Assembly (NCBI GenBank): GCA_963740355.1
Contig: CAVUDW010000003.1
Span: forward strand, 1,376,001-1,440,000
From: an uncultured Gemmatimonadaceae bacterium
Lineage (GTDB): Bacteria > Gemmatimonadota > Gemmatimonadetes > Gemmatimonadales > Gemmatimonadaceae
Length of the DNA: 64,000 nucleotides
Direction: 5' to 3'
Positions 28,715-38,481 of this stretch are shown in pieces. The notes under the pieces were generated by a model. It was given only the letters and a program-made list of their open reading frames with translations, did no database searches and was not told where the DNA came from. A program made the translations under genes and the position numbers. The first letter of the stretch is position 1. Every line of letters begins with the position of its first letter.

Positions 28715-29860
28715 CTACCCCTCGATCAGGTGCGGCACGAACTGCGACAGGTTGTCGGTGATGATCCGCTTCGACTCGCGTATCCCAATCCCCGCCGCTT
28801 CCTGCCCGATGATCCACGAGCCGATCACGGGATGAAAGCCGTCGAAGTTCGGGATCGAGGCCATCGACTGGTAGACATAGCCCTCTTCGCCGTAGTCCCC
28901 CTGCGATTCGACAAGCGTCTGGTCGAACATCGTCACCGTCACGTTCGCCCCTTCGCGTGACAGCAGCGGCTTTCGCACATAAGCATCCCACGTCAGCGTC
29001 TCGGCGATGTCGAGCGAGGCGGGCAGCAGTTCCGGGCTCTCGGGAAACAGCTCCCAGAGAATCGCCAGCAATCCCTTGTTCGACAACAACATCTTCCACA
29101 CCGGCTCGATCCACTGCATGCCGGTGCCACGCTGCAGCAGCGCCTGCACGAAGCGCTCATCCTCGGCGACGATCCATTCCCACGGATAGAGCTTGAAGAT
29201 CGACTCGATCACCCTATCGTCGGCGTCGGTGAAGAAGCCGTCGCTGGTGACGCCAATCTGGTCGATGGTGAGGGTGTCGCACGACAGGCCCGCCTGCTGC
29301 GCAGTGTCGCGCAGGTACGCGAGCGTCATGCCATCCTCGATGTCGTCCATGCCGGCGAAGTGCACCCGCTCGCCCTGCAGGAATGGCATCAGCCCCTTCC
29401 ACTGCTCGATCAGCCGTTCGTGGATCGAGTTGAACTGGTCCTTGGCCGGGAACTGCTCCTGCAACCAGAACCACTGCACCACCGCCGCCTCGACCAGCGA
29501 CGTCGGCGTATCGGCGTTGTACTCGAGCAGCTTCGGCGGACCGAGGCCGTCGTACGCCAAGTCGAATCGCCCGTAGATCGACGGCGGCTCCTGCTCCCAC
29601 GCCGCCTCGATCAGCGGGATGACATGCGACGGAATGCCCAGTCGCATGAAAAGGCGCTGGTCGATGATGTGCTGCGCCGCCTCGAGACACATCGCATGCA
29701 ACTTGTTGGTCGCATGCTCCAGCTTGAGGATCTCGTCCATCGTGAACGAGTAGTAGGCCGACTCGTTCCAGTACGCGCCCTTGGCAGAGTGCCAGGCCAG
29801 TCCCAGTGATTCGACCTTCTTCTGCCAGTCAGCGCGTACCGGGTGCGGAAAGCGCTTCAC
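28715..29860 (-). CDS. Glutathionylspermidine synthase-like ATP-grasp ligase (YgiC/YjfC family)
   Basis: YGRFDL, LLEYNADTPT, FNSIHE, FKLYPWE, EPVWK..SNK, SREGAN, GSW, GIRE; GTG 29860 overlaps upstream stop. Confidence 0.93.
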   Translation of the reverse strand: MKRFPHPVRADWQKKVESLGLAWHSAKGAYWNESAYYSFTMDEILKLEHATNKLHAMCLEAAQHIIDQRLFMRLGIPSHVIPLIEAAWEQEPPSIYGRFDLAYDGLGPPKLLEYNADTPTSLVEAAVVQWFWLQEQFPAKDQFNSIHERLIEQWKGLMPFLQGERVHFAGMDDIEDGMTLAYLRDTAQQAGLSCDTLTIDQIGVTSDGFFTDADDRVIESIFKLYPWEWIVAEDERFVQALLQRGTGMQWIEPVWKMLLSNKGLLAILWELFPESPELLPASLDIAETLTWDAYVRKPLLSREGANVTVTMFDQTLVESQGDYGEEGYVYQSMASIPNFDGFHPVIGSWIIGQEAAGIGIRESKRIITDNLSQFVPHLIEG

Positions 29861-30342
29861 GGCTTGGTGGGTGTGGGAGACGCTGGCGGAACTGCGGGAA
29901 CAACAGGTGTGGTTGGCACGCCAGGCGTCATCGACGGCGCCGGCATGTTGGTGACCGTCGGAGGCGCTGGTACCACAGGCCCGCCAGACCACTGGCACGA
30001 AATCGTATCGCCAACGATCACGCTCCGCGCCTTCTCGAGAGTCAGGATGCAGGTGTGACCGGTCGGCGACACGGCTTGCTGCACCGTCTCGGAATATTCG
30101 TTGCCTTCATCGTCCACGTTGCGCTGCTCAGCGGTGCGCACCGCCGTGATCGTGTCGACCGTGATCGACGCCGCGAGCGTGATCGAATCCTTCACGAAGT
30201 CAGCTTCGGCCGCGGAATCTGCCTTCGCCTGCTCGATCATCTCCGCCTCGCGCTGCTTGGCCTTTTCCTCGGCGCTGGTGCACGCCGCCACCAAAAACAG
30301 CGGCACCAGCAGCGCCGGTACGAGCCTGAATGTCTTGCGCAT
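29857..30342 (-). CDS. Hypothetical lipoprotein with Pro/Thr-rich tail
   Basis: Lipobox VAAC, two further Cys, operonic spacing on both sides. Confidence 0.75.
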   Translation of the reverse strand: MRKTFRLVPALLVPLFLVAACTSAEEKAKQREAEMIEQAKADSAAEADFVKDSITLAASITVDTITAVRTAEQRNVDDEGNEYSETVQQAVSPTGHTCILTLEKARSVIVGDTISCQWSGGPVVPAPPTVTNMPAPSMTPGVPTTPVVPAVPPASPTPTKP

Positions 30343-30345
30343 CGC

Positions 30346-30819
30346 TCAGCCGCCGAACGAAGCGCGACCACGACCGATCGAGCCGAATCCGCCGCGACGC
30401 AGGGTCGAACCCGAACGACTTCGCGCGATTGACGCCGGCCGGCGCAGGATCGACGACATGCGCGACGGCGACAACGCCGTTCCACGCGGCGCCACGCGCG
30501 ACGCGAACGACTCTGCTCGTGCGTCGAGCGAGCGGTAGTTGGCGGCGTACACCGACGCCGGTGCCGAATAGATCGGTCGACCGGCGCCGAGCGCCCGCGT
30601 GTAGCCCGCGTAGTAGAACAGGTACGGATTCGGGTACACCATCGGGATCCAGCCGCCGTGGTAGTTGTAGCCGCGATTCTGCACCGCGACCTCGCAGGCC
30701 GGGGCGTTGAAGGTTGTGGTGTTGCACGGGTCAACCGGTGGCGGCTCGGAGTCGCAGCCCGAGACACCGATCACGATCGTGTTGACGAAAAACAGCTGGA
30801 TACTGGTCGACTTCTTCAT
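30346..30819 (-). CDS. YgiB/DUF1190-like lipoprotein
   Basis: MKKS start, lipobox VSGC, two Cys, GGW..PYLFYY, C-terminal RRGGFG..SFGG; upstream of YgiC-like gene. Confidence 0.75.
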   Translation of the reverse strand: MKKSTSIQLFFVNTIVIGVSGCDSEPPPVDPCNTTTFNAPACEVAVQNRGYNYHGGWIPMVYPNPYLFYYAGYTRALGAGRPIYSAPASVYAANYRSLDARAESFASRVAPRGTALSPSRMSSILRRPASIARSRSGSTLRRGGFGSIGRGRASFGG

Positions 30820-30997
30820 TGCTGCTGTATTGCCGCTGAAAGAGTCCGGGACGCGCCAAGGCACCACGGAAACAAGTCCCACCGGGCGCACAGGGGGACA
30901 CCGAATACTACGGTGCCGCAGCCCCATCCGTTTCCCTGACATTTCACGCATTAGAAACACTACAGATCGGGCCGCCGGTAGCCGATCCTCTCAACCA

Positions 30998-33058
30998 ATG
31001 GAACCTCAGCCGCCTCGGACTGCCGTGTCGCCCCAGCCTCTGGCCGAGCGGGATGCACTGACTGGCGCGCCGAGTCGACGGACGACGGCATGGAGACGCC
31101 TCCCCCGCTGGCTTCGACGCGCGTTGGCGTCCACGATGCCGTACAGCGCGGTCTTCATCGGCTTTGCCCTCATCCTCCGACTGGCGATCGTCACCCAGCA
31201 GGCGGACCTGATCGCGCTCTGCTCGGCGACGTTGACGATGGCGCTGATCGCCATCTGGAGACAAGCAGCTAACGGTCGCGAACGGGCGCGACTCAGCTCC
31301 GCGCGCGCGATGGCCGACAGCGAGACACGATTCCGCTCGCTGGTGCAGCACTCGACGGACCTCATCACCATCATCGACGGCGCCGACACGATCCGCTACG
31401 TCAGCCCAGCGATCCTGCGAGTCTTCGGCTACGACGCCGGCGACCTCGAAGGCAAGTCGTTCCGCGAGTTGGTGCACACCGACGACGTGGTCCCGATGCT
31501 GAGCTTTCTGACCGACGCCGCCAAGCCGGGCAGCCGCGCGACCACCGGTCACTGGCGCATGCTGAGCGCCAACGGCACCTGGTGTCGCGTGGAAAACGTG
31601 GCGGTGAACCTGCTCGAGGATCCGACTGTCGAAGGGCTGGTGCTCACCACCCGAGACGTCACACATCGCGTCGCGCTCGAAGAGCAGTTGGTGCACCGCG
31701 CCTTTCATGACGGACTGACCGGCCTCGCCAATCGTGCACTGTTCACCAACCGCGTCGAGCAGGCGCTGCTGCGTGCATCCCGCGATGCGCAGCGGACTGC
31801 GGTGCTGTTCCTCGACCTCGATGACTTCAAGGAAATCAACGACTCCCTCGGCCACGCCGCCGGTGATTCGCTGCTGACGCAGGGTGCTGACCGTTTGCGC
31901 GCCTGCCTCCGGGCCGGCGATACCGCAGCCCGACTTGGCGGCGACGAATTCGCCGTGCTGCTGGAAGGGTGTCACGACGACGGTGAGGAGGCGATGCACG
32001 TGGCCGAACGCATCTCGAATGCGTTCGCGCGACCGTTCGTCCTCGAAGATCGTGAAGCGTTTGCGACGGCCAGCGTCGGAATCGCGATCAGCAGCGGCAC
32101 CGAGAATGGCGACGACCTGCTGCGAAACGCCGACCTTGCGATGTACCTCGCGAAGAAACGCGGCAAGGCTCGCGTCGAACGATTTGCGAACCACATGCAC
32201 GAAGAGGTGGTGGAGCGACTCGACCTGCTGGCCGACCTGCGGTACGCCATCGAGCGCGACGAGTTGCAGCTCGAGTACCAGCCGATCGTCGATCTCGCCA
32301 CGCGATCGGTGAGTGGCCTCGAGACACTGGTGCGCTGGGATCATCCGCGTCGTGGACGTATTCCGCCGGCGGACTTCATCCCGATCGCGGAGCAGTCCGG
32401 CCTGATCGTGCCAATCGGCCGTTGGGTGATGCTGCATGCCTGTGCGCACGCGCGTCACTGGAGCCGCTCGCTGCCCGACATGCCACCGGTGACCGTCACC
32501 GTCAATCTTTCGGCACGCCAGCTCGGTGACGAACACCTGATCGATGATGTCGCCAACGCGTTGCGCGTGGCAGGGCTGCAGCGTGACCAGTTGGTGCTGG
32601 AACTCACGGAGAGCACGTTGCTCGCCAACAGTGAAGAAACCGTCGGCATCCTGACAGCTCTCAAGCGCCTCGGCGTGCGACTGGCCATCGACGATTTCGG
32701 CACGGGGTATTCGTCGCTCAGCTACCTGCACCGCTTCCCGGTGGATGTGTTGAAGATCGACAAAAGCTTCGTCGAAGGTGTGGCCGGTGGACCGGGCGCG
32801 AGCGCACTGGCGAGCGCCGTGATCGCGCTTGGCAATTCACTCGGGCTGCGGACCGTGGCCGAGGGCATCGAGAGCGAAGCGCAATACGCGGTGCTGTCGA
32901 GCCTCGGGTGCAAGTTCGGGCAGGGATATCTCTTCTCACATCCGTTGCCGCCAGGCGACGTGATGCCCTACCTGGTGCGATTCGGCCAGCGCGAACAACA
33001 CTTTCCCGAGTCGCGTCGCCTGTCACCGCTCACCAACGACGCGGTCTCGCAGGCCTAG
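30998..33058 (+). CDS. PAS-GGDEF-EAL protein with two TM helices
   Basis: RFRSLVQHSTD, HDGLTGLANR, RLGGDEF, ETLVRW, DDFGTGYSSL; ATG 30998. Confidence 0.93.
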   Translation: MEPQPPRTAVSPQPLAERDALTGAPSRRTTAWRRLPRWLRRALASTMPYSAVFIGFALILRLAIVTQQADLIALCSATLTMALIAIWRQAANGRERARLSSARAMADSETRFRSLVQHSTDLITIIDGADTIRYVSPAILRVFGYDAGDLEGKSFRELVHTDDVVPMLSFLTDAAKPGSRATTGHWRMLSANGTWCRVENVAVNLLEDPTVEGLVLTTRDVTHRVALEEQLVHRAFHDGLTGLANRALFTNRVEQALLRASRDAQRTAVLFLDLDDFKEINDSLGHAAGDSLLTQGADRLRACLRAGDTAARLGGDEFAVLLEGCHDDGEEAMHVAERISNAFARPFVLEDREAFATASVGIAISSGTENGDDLLRNADLAMYLAKKRGKARVERFANHMHEEVVERLDLLADLRYAIERDELQLEYQPIVDLATRSVSGLETLVRWDHPRRGRIPPADFIPIAEQSGLIVPIGRWVMLHACAHARHWSRSLPDMPPVTVTVNLSARQLGDEHLIDDVANALRVAGLQRDQLVLELTESTLLANSEETVGILTALKRLGVRLAIDDFGTGYSSLSYLHRFPVDVLKIDKSFVEGVAGGPGASALASAVIALGNSLGLRTVAEGIESEAQYAVLSSLGCKFGQGYLFSHPLPPGDVMPYLVRFGQREQHFPESRRLSPLTNDAVSQA

Positions 33059-33129
33059 GCGCACGCTGCGGGGCACGCGCCGCGAGCACGCTCGTTCGAG
33101 GCCGCTTCCAGCGGTCGTTAGCGTTACGG

Positions 33130-34062
33130 ATGACCGCCGAACGCACCACACCGCCACCGCGCGTTCTCCTCGTGGCGGCATTTGCGGCGCTCTACATCAT
33201 CTGGGGTAGCACCTACCTCGCGATCAAGATCGCCACCGAGACGATGCCGGCGTGGCCCATGATTGCCGCACGTCACCTGCTCGGCGGCATCGTGCTCTAC
33301 ACCATTCTTCGCCTCACCGGCACACCGGTTCCGCAGCGGAAACACTGGCGCGGCGGCGTGCTTGGCGGCGTGATGCTGCTGGTGATGGGCAATGGCATCA
33401 TCGCCTACTGCGCGCATCGCATTCCGAGTGGACTGGCAAGTATGGTGGTGGCCACCACTCCGATTTGGATCGTGGCCGCGGCCAGTGTCAGGCCTGGCGG
33501 ACGTGCCCCGACGCCGAAGGAATGGTGCGGCCTCGCCCTCGGTCTTGCCGGTTTGGCCCTGCTGGCCGGCCCAAGCGCAATCGCGTCGATGCGAGGCACC
33601 GCGGGTGCGGTCGATGCGGGCGCGGTTGGGCTGGTGCTGCTCGGCACGATCTCGTGGGCCGTCGGTTCGGTGATCGGGCGGGAGATGTCGAAGCCGGACA
33701 ACGCCTTCATGGGCAGCGCGCTGCAGATGTTGTCGGCTGGCATCTTTCTCACCGTGACGTGCCTCGCGACCGGGCAATGGAACACGGTCGATCTGGCGGT
33801 CGTCTCGGCACGCTCATGGTTCGCGTTCGCCTTCCTGATCTTCTTCGGGAGCCTGCTCGGCTTCACCGCATACGTCTGGCTGCTGCGTGTGGCCAAGACC
33901 TCGCACGTGTCGACCTATGCCTACGTCAATCCGATCGTGGCGCTGTTGCTCGGCGCGTCGATCGGGCATGAAGTGATCACGCGCACGATGTTGATCGCCG
34001 CCGCGATCACGTTGTGCGGTGTGGTGCTGGTGGTCATGCCGCCATTGCGATCAAGGGCGTAA
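33130..34062 (+). CDS. EamA/DMT family transporter (YedA-like)
   Basis: YIIWGSTYLAI, STYAYVNPIVA, ~10 TM helices. Confidence 0.92.
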   Translation: MTAERTTPPPRVLLVAAFAALYIIWGSTYLAIKIATETMPAWPMIAARHLLGGIVLYTILRLTGTPVPQRKHWRGGVLGGVMLLVMGNGIIAYCAHRIPSGLASMVVATTPIWIVAAASVRPGGRAPTPKEWCGLALGLAGLALLAGPSAIASMRGTAGAVDAGAVGLVLLGTISWAVGSVIGREMSKPDNAFMGSALQMLSAGIFLTVTCLATGQWNTVDLAVVSARSWFAFAFLIFFGSLLGFTAYVWLLRVAKTSHVSTYAYVNPIVALLLGASIGHEVITRTMLIAAAITLCGVVLVVMPPLRSRA

Positions 34063-34070
34063 GGCGGCTT

Positions 34071-34976
34071 TCACTCGCGCTTGCCGAGTGATTCCCAGAG
34101 ATGCAGCGTGGCGTAGGCGCGCCATGGTCGCCACGCCTCGGCGCGAGCGAGGATGTCACGTTTGCCGATGCTGGCGTTCGCCATGGCTTTCAGGACACCC
34201 AGATCAGCTGCGGGAAAGGCGTCCTTGTCGCCCAATGCTCGCATGCGAACGTAGTGGGCCGTCCACGGGCCGATGCCGGGCAAGGCGATCAACGTCGCCT
34301 CCGCTTCATCGGTGGGCGCGCCGCGCAGCGATTCGAGATCGATGGCACCGCTGGCCACGGCCACCGATACGCCATGCAACGTGGCTGCCTTCGCATTGGT
34401 GAGACCGATGGTGCGCAGCGTATCGGCGCCGGCTGCGGCCAGCACTGCCGGCGCAGGAAAACCGAACACCGGCGCCTGGCCTTCGACCATTGCCAGTGGC
34501 TTGCCGAATGCACGCACCAGGCGATCCGTCATGGTACTCGCGCCCACCACGCTCACCTGCTGACCGAGGACGGCGCGGATCAGTCCTTCGAACGGATCGA
34601 GCAGTTGCGGCAAACGAAGGAACGGACGGGCCTTGAGCAACGGCTTCAGCATCGCATCGCGCTTGGCGAGTGCCCGGAACGGAGCGAGGTCTGTCGCGAG
34701 ATCGAAGCTGCGCTCCACCAGTGCGCGGACTGCAGCGGGCGGGAGTGCCGGGCGAGTACGCGCAATCAGTTGATGGGCGGCGGCGTCATGCTCGAGATCG
34801 AGCAGCAGGTGTGCACCGGTGCCGTGATCGCGGACGCTCCGCAGGTAGTGCGTGCCATCCACGCGCTCCAACGCATCGACCGTGCGCACCACGAGGTATC
34901 GCAGCGTCCAGCGCACGTCGACATCCTCGGGGAGCGGAATTCGAACCCGTCGCGACCATGCCGCGCTGTCGCTCAT
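34071..34976 (-). CDS. alkA: DNA-3-methyladenine glycosylase II
   Basis: AlkA N-domain, RAVLGQQVSV, HhH LPGIGPWTA, FPAADLG, WRPWRAYATLHLW. Confidence 0.9.
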   Translation of the reverse strand: MSDSAAWSRRVRIPLPEDVDVRWTLRYLVVRTVDALERVDGTHYLRSVRDHGTGAHLLLDLEHDAAAHQLIARTRPALPPAAVRALVERSFDLATDLAPFRALAKRDAMLKPLLKARPFLRLPQLLDPFEGLIRAVLGQQVSVVGASTMTDRLVRAFGKPLAMVEGQAPVFGFPAPAVLAAAGADTLRTIGLTNAKAATLHGVSVAVASGAIDLESLRGAPTDEAEATLIALPGIGPWTAHYVRMRALGDKDAFPAADLGVLKAMANASIGKRDILARAEAWRPWRAYATLHLWESLGKRE

Positions 34977-35058
34977 ACTTGCTCTCGCCTGTGGTCTGAC
35001 ACACTGCGAGTGTTTGCGGCGTGCGGTATGGTCCAGCTCAATGGTGACATAAACGGAA

Positions 35059-35114
35059 GCTGGCAGCGGTCACGGAGATCTCCAAGGTGGGAATCTCACA
35101 CGATCGCTGCCAGC
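35059..35114 (-). terminator. Long hairpin downstream of TonB-dependent receptor
   Basis: GCTGGCAGCGGTC..GAGAT / ATCTC..GATCGCTGCCAGC; TTCCGTTTAT follows on the minus strand. Confidence 0.5.
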
Positions 35115-35159
35115 CAGTTGTTGCGCGTCCCGATTCTTGCGGTGCCCGTGCGGGCCAGG

Positions 35160-37268
35160 CTACGGCATCCGCACCAGTCCGAGCGACACGATGAAGGCGC
35201 GCGGGAAGCCCGGCTCGTAGGCCACGAACTGGCCAGCGACGACATCCGGGTTGAGGAAGCCCGACGTCATGTAGCGTCGATCGAGCAGGTTCTCGACCCG
35301 CACGAAACCTGTCACTCCCACGCTGCTGAAGAGACGCTTCGCCTGGCGCAAGGAGATCGTGGCGTTGAACACCGTGGCCGATGGCAGCTCGACGGTGTTG
35401 GCGTCGTTCAACATGTACGCGCCGGTGTACTGCATGTCGGCGTCGAAGCGCAGCGGCATCGACGGGGCATCCCACCGCGCCCCAACGGACCCCATCGCCC
35501 GCGGAACGCCGACGGCGGCATTGCCGGCATAGTTCGCGAATGCACCGGGCTTGCCGTAGTGCACCGAGTCGACGACGTACTCGAGGTACTTCGCACGCAT
35601 CAACGTCGCCGTGCTGCGGACGGCGAAGCCTTCTTCCAACTCCAATTCGCCGCCCAGCTCGACGCCCTGACGGCGCGTCTTGCCAGCGTTGAAGTAGAAG
35701 CGGCCGCCGCGGTACGGCACCAGCTCATCACGCACTTCGGTGTTGAAGAGCGACACCTCGTAACGCAGTGCCTTTGCGCCAGGCGCCGTGAGCGCGAGCG
35801 TGTTGCGTGTACCGATTTCGTAGGTCAGCGAACGAATCGGCTTGAGGAGCGGGCTGATGCCGGTGACGGTGTCCTGACCGAAGGTGCCAGCAGGATCGGT
35901 CTCGTTACCAGCGGGTGTTTCCACGCCGGCGCCGAGATTGGCGTAGAACAGGTTTGCGCCCGAAGGGCGATAGACGGCGCCAAGCTTGGGCGAAAGCTGG
36001 GTGTAGTTCCGTGTGGCACTGAGCTTCGGCGTGACGCGATCAGTGAGGCCGTAACGCAACGCGTCGAAGCGTGCACCGAGGTTGAGGCTGACCTTCGGCG
36101 AAACCGTCCACTCGTCTTGCACGAACAGGCCAGCGGTCGTGGCCGACTCGTTCTTGTCCTGCTGCAGCGTGGTGCCCTTCTCGCCTGCGGCAGAGAGCGA
36201 CCAGAAGCGCGCTGGACCATCCTGGTGCTGTACATCGCTGCCGACGATCAGGCTGTGCACGCCGAGGTTTTCGTGCAGGCTGATCGTGCCACCGCCATGG
36301 GTCCGGTTGAATTCGCGATATGTGCCGCGCTCGGAGCGAATGAGCTTCTTTGGCGTGACGTACGACATGATCGTGAGCACGCCTGACTGGCCGATTTCGC
36401 GATCGAGCGTGGTGCCGAAGCGGATGATCTGGTTCTCGCGGCGTTCGCGACGGGTGTTGTATGTCGCGTTGGCGAGCCGCGGCGTCGCAAGCGCCTGTGC
36501 CGCGGTGAGCGGGCCCGGAATGCCGAAGTTGTTCTGCGATGCGTTGAGGCGCAGCGCGATGCGCGTGCGAGTGCCCAACGGCGACACCAATCCCGACGAC
36601 AGCACCGAGCGATCGCTGGCCGAATTCTGGCGCCAGCCATCCGACTCGGTGCGCGATACGCTGGCGTAAACGCGCGATTCGCCGGTGCCCGTGCTGGTTT
36701 GTGCGATGGCGCGACGGAGGCCGAAGCTGCCAGCCATGGTGCGGAAATCGAATTGTGTCCCGGGCAATGGCGTGCTGTTGAGCGAGATCACGCCACCCGC
36801 CGCGTTACCCCACAGCGCAGACGAGTTCGATCGGATCACATCCACGCCCGTCATCGTCGCGAGGTCGATCAGGTCGAGACTGGTGCGTCCATCCGGCTCG
36901 GTCTCGGGCATGCCATCGATCATGACGCGAATGCCGCGCATTGTGCCGGCGTTGGAGCGATCACCCGCGCCGCGAGCACCGAAGCCGCGAATCGTGATGC
37001 GGGTATCGACGCCGCTGGAGCGCGATTGCGCCAGCACACCAGGAATGCCTTGGAGTGCATCGGCGAGCCCGATGCCGGCCGTCGCCCGCAGCCGTTCGAT
37101 GCCGACCGATGAGACAGCGAGTGGCGCCAGCAGCAACGGCTTGGTGCTGCGTGTGGCGGAGACGGTCACCTTCGGCAGGGTGGATGCCTTGGTGGTGTCT
37201 GGGCGCTGTTGGCCGGCCAGCGGGCTGGCGGCGAGGAGCGCGAACGGGAGGAGGGGGAGTCGTCGCAT
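35160..37268 (-). CDS. TonB-dependent receptor (YncD-like plug)
   Basis: Signal peptide, TonB box VTVSATR, ITIRGFGAR, RGIRVMIDG, LWGNAAGGVI, ENLLDRRY, YEPGFPR. Confidence 0.93.
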   Translation of the reverse strand: MRRLPLLPFALLAASPLAGQQRPDTTKASTLPKVTVSATRSTKPLLLAPLAVSSVGIERLRATAGIGLADALQGIPGVLAQSRSSGVDTRITIRGFGARGAGDRSNAGTMRGIRVMIDGMPETEPDGRTSLDLIDLATMTGVDVIRSNSSALWGNAAGGVISLNSTPLPGTQFDFRTMAGSFGLRRAIAQTSTGTGESRVYASVSRTESDGWRQNSASDRSVLSSGLVSPLGTRTRIALRLNASQNNFGIPGPLTAAQALATPRLANATYNTRRERRENQIIRFGTTLDREIGQSGVLTIMSYVTPKKLIRSERGTYREFNRTHGGGTISLHENLGVHSLIVGSDVQHQDGPARFWSLSAAGEKGTTLQQDKNESATTAGLFVQDEWTVSPKVSLNLGARFDALRYGLTDRVTPKLSATRNYTQLSPKLGAVYRPSGANLFYANLGAGVETPAGNETDPAGTFGQDTVTGISPLLKPIRSLTYEIGTRNTLALTAPGAKALRYEVSLFNTEVRDELVPYRGGRFYFNAGKTRRQGVELGGELELEEGFAVRSTATLMRAKYLEYVVDSVHYGKPGAFANYAGNAAVGVPRAMGSVGARWDAPSMPLRFDADMQYTGAYMLNDANTVELPSATVFNATISLRQAKRLFSSVGVTGFVRVENLLDRRYMTSGFLNPDVVAGQFVAYEPGFPRAFIVSLGLVRMP

Positions 37269-37564
37269 GCCCCATCATACGCGCTGCCCATGAAAAGTGT
37301 TAATGAATTATTCACATCAATTCGCAGTCGGTCGCTCTGGATTTCCGAGGCTGACGGGGGCGGAACGCTGTGCTCGCGGCGCTCGACGAGGATGGGCACG
37401 GCGGCCGGTACGCCGGCGGCTACAGCTCAACGCCGGGGCGGCGGCCTGTCCGTTCGGCCGATGTTGCCGCCTGCGGCCCGAGGCGAGCCTTGTCTGCGAC
37501 GCAGCTGGCCGGTTCGGGCCGGGTGCGGGTACCAGGGAAAGCCCACTCTTCACTACCCCGACCG

Positions 37565-38476
37565 ATGTCGACTCTCTCCGAAATCTCAGACCAGCTCGCC
37601 GACGCCGTCAGCGCGGCCGCGGCGAGCGTCGTCGCCGTGCATGCGCGGCCCCGCCTCGCCAGCACTGGCGTCCATTGGCGCGATGGCGTGATTGTCACCA
37701 CTGATGCCACCGTCAAGCGGACCGACGACATCTCGGTCACCCTCCCCAATGGCCAGCGCGTGACCGCCACCCTGGCTGGTCGCGATGCCGGGACCGATCT
37801 CGCCGCCCTCCGCATCCCGACCGGGCTGCTGCCGGTGGCGCCGCGGTCGGCCGCCGCTGACCTGAAGCCGGGGCACCTCGTGCTCGCCTTGGCCCGCACG
37901 GGCAATGATGGGCCGCAAGCGACCTTTGGCGTGGTGAGCAGCGTGGGCGAAGCCTGGCGCACCTGGCGCGGCGGCACCCTCGATCGCCGCCTCCAGAGCG
38001 ACGTGGAGCTCTTCCCGGGCTTCGGTGGCGGACCGCTGGTCACGGCCGCTGGCACCATCGCCGGCATCAACTCGGGCGGCATGAGCAAGCCACTCTGCGT
38101 CACGATCCCGGACACGACCATCGACCGCATCCTCGACGCCGTGCTCAACCGCGGCTACGTGGCGCGCGGCTGGTTGGGCGCGAGCATGCAGGTGGTGCGC
38201 TTCTCCGACACCGCCACCGCCAAGCTTGGCTTTGATGGTCGCGGCGGCCTCGTGGTCCTGGACGTCGAGCACGACAGCCCCGCCGCGCACGGCGGCGTGA
38301 TGATCGGCGACGTGCTGGTGCGGATCGACGAAACCCGCATCACGCAGCATGACGATGTGATGGCATTCCTCGGCAGCGATCGCGTGGGCACCACGGTGCA
38401 GCTGCAAGTGGTGCGTGGCGGCGAAGTGGTGATCGTGCCGGTCACGATCGGCGAACGGCCACGCGGCGCCCGATAA
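37565..38476 (+). CDS. HtrA/S1C-fold protein with PDZ domain, catalytic His and Ser absent
   Basis: GRDAGTDLA, GPLVTAAGTIAGIN, C-terminal PDZ; TTDAT at the His position and PGFGGG at the Ser position; no signal peptide. Confidence 0.85.
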   Translation: MSTLSEISDQLADAVSAAAASVVAVHARPRLASTGVHWRDGVIVTTDATVKRTDDISVTLPNGQRVTATLAGRDAGTDLAALRIPTGLLPVAPRSAAADLKPGHLVLALARTGNDGPQATFGVVSSVGEAWRTWRGGTLDRRLQSDVELFPGFGGGPLVTAAGTIAGINSGGMSKPLCVTIPDTTIDRILDAVLNRGYVARGWLGASMQVVRFSDTATAKLGFDGRGGLVVLDVEHDSPAAHGGVMIGDVLVRIDETRITQHDDVMAFLGSDRVGTTVQLQVVRGGEVVIVPVTIGERPRGAR

Positions 38477-38481
38477 CACGC

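Noticed and set aside
30944..36386. Long antisense ORFs (595 aa, 761 aa; likewise 16110-17717, 54162-55895, 62005-63768)
   Set aside because: Shadow frames of real genes in high-GC DNA, with no recognisable domains
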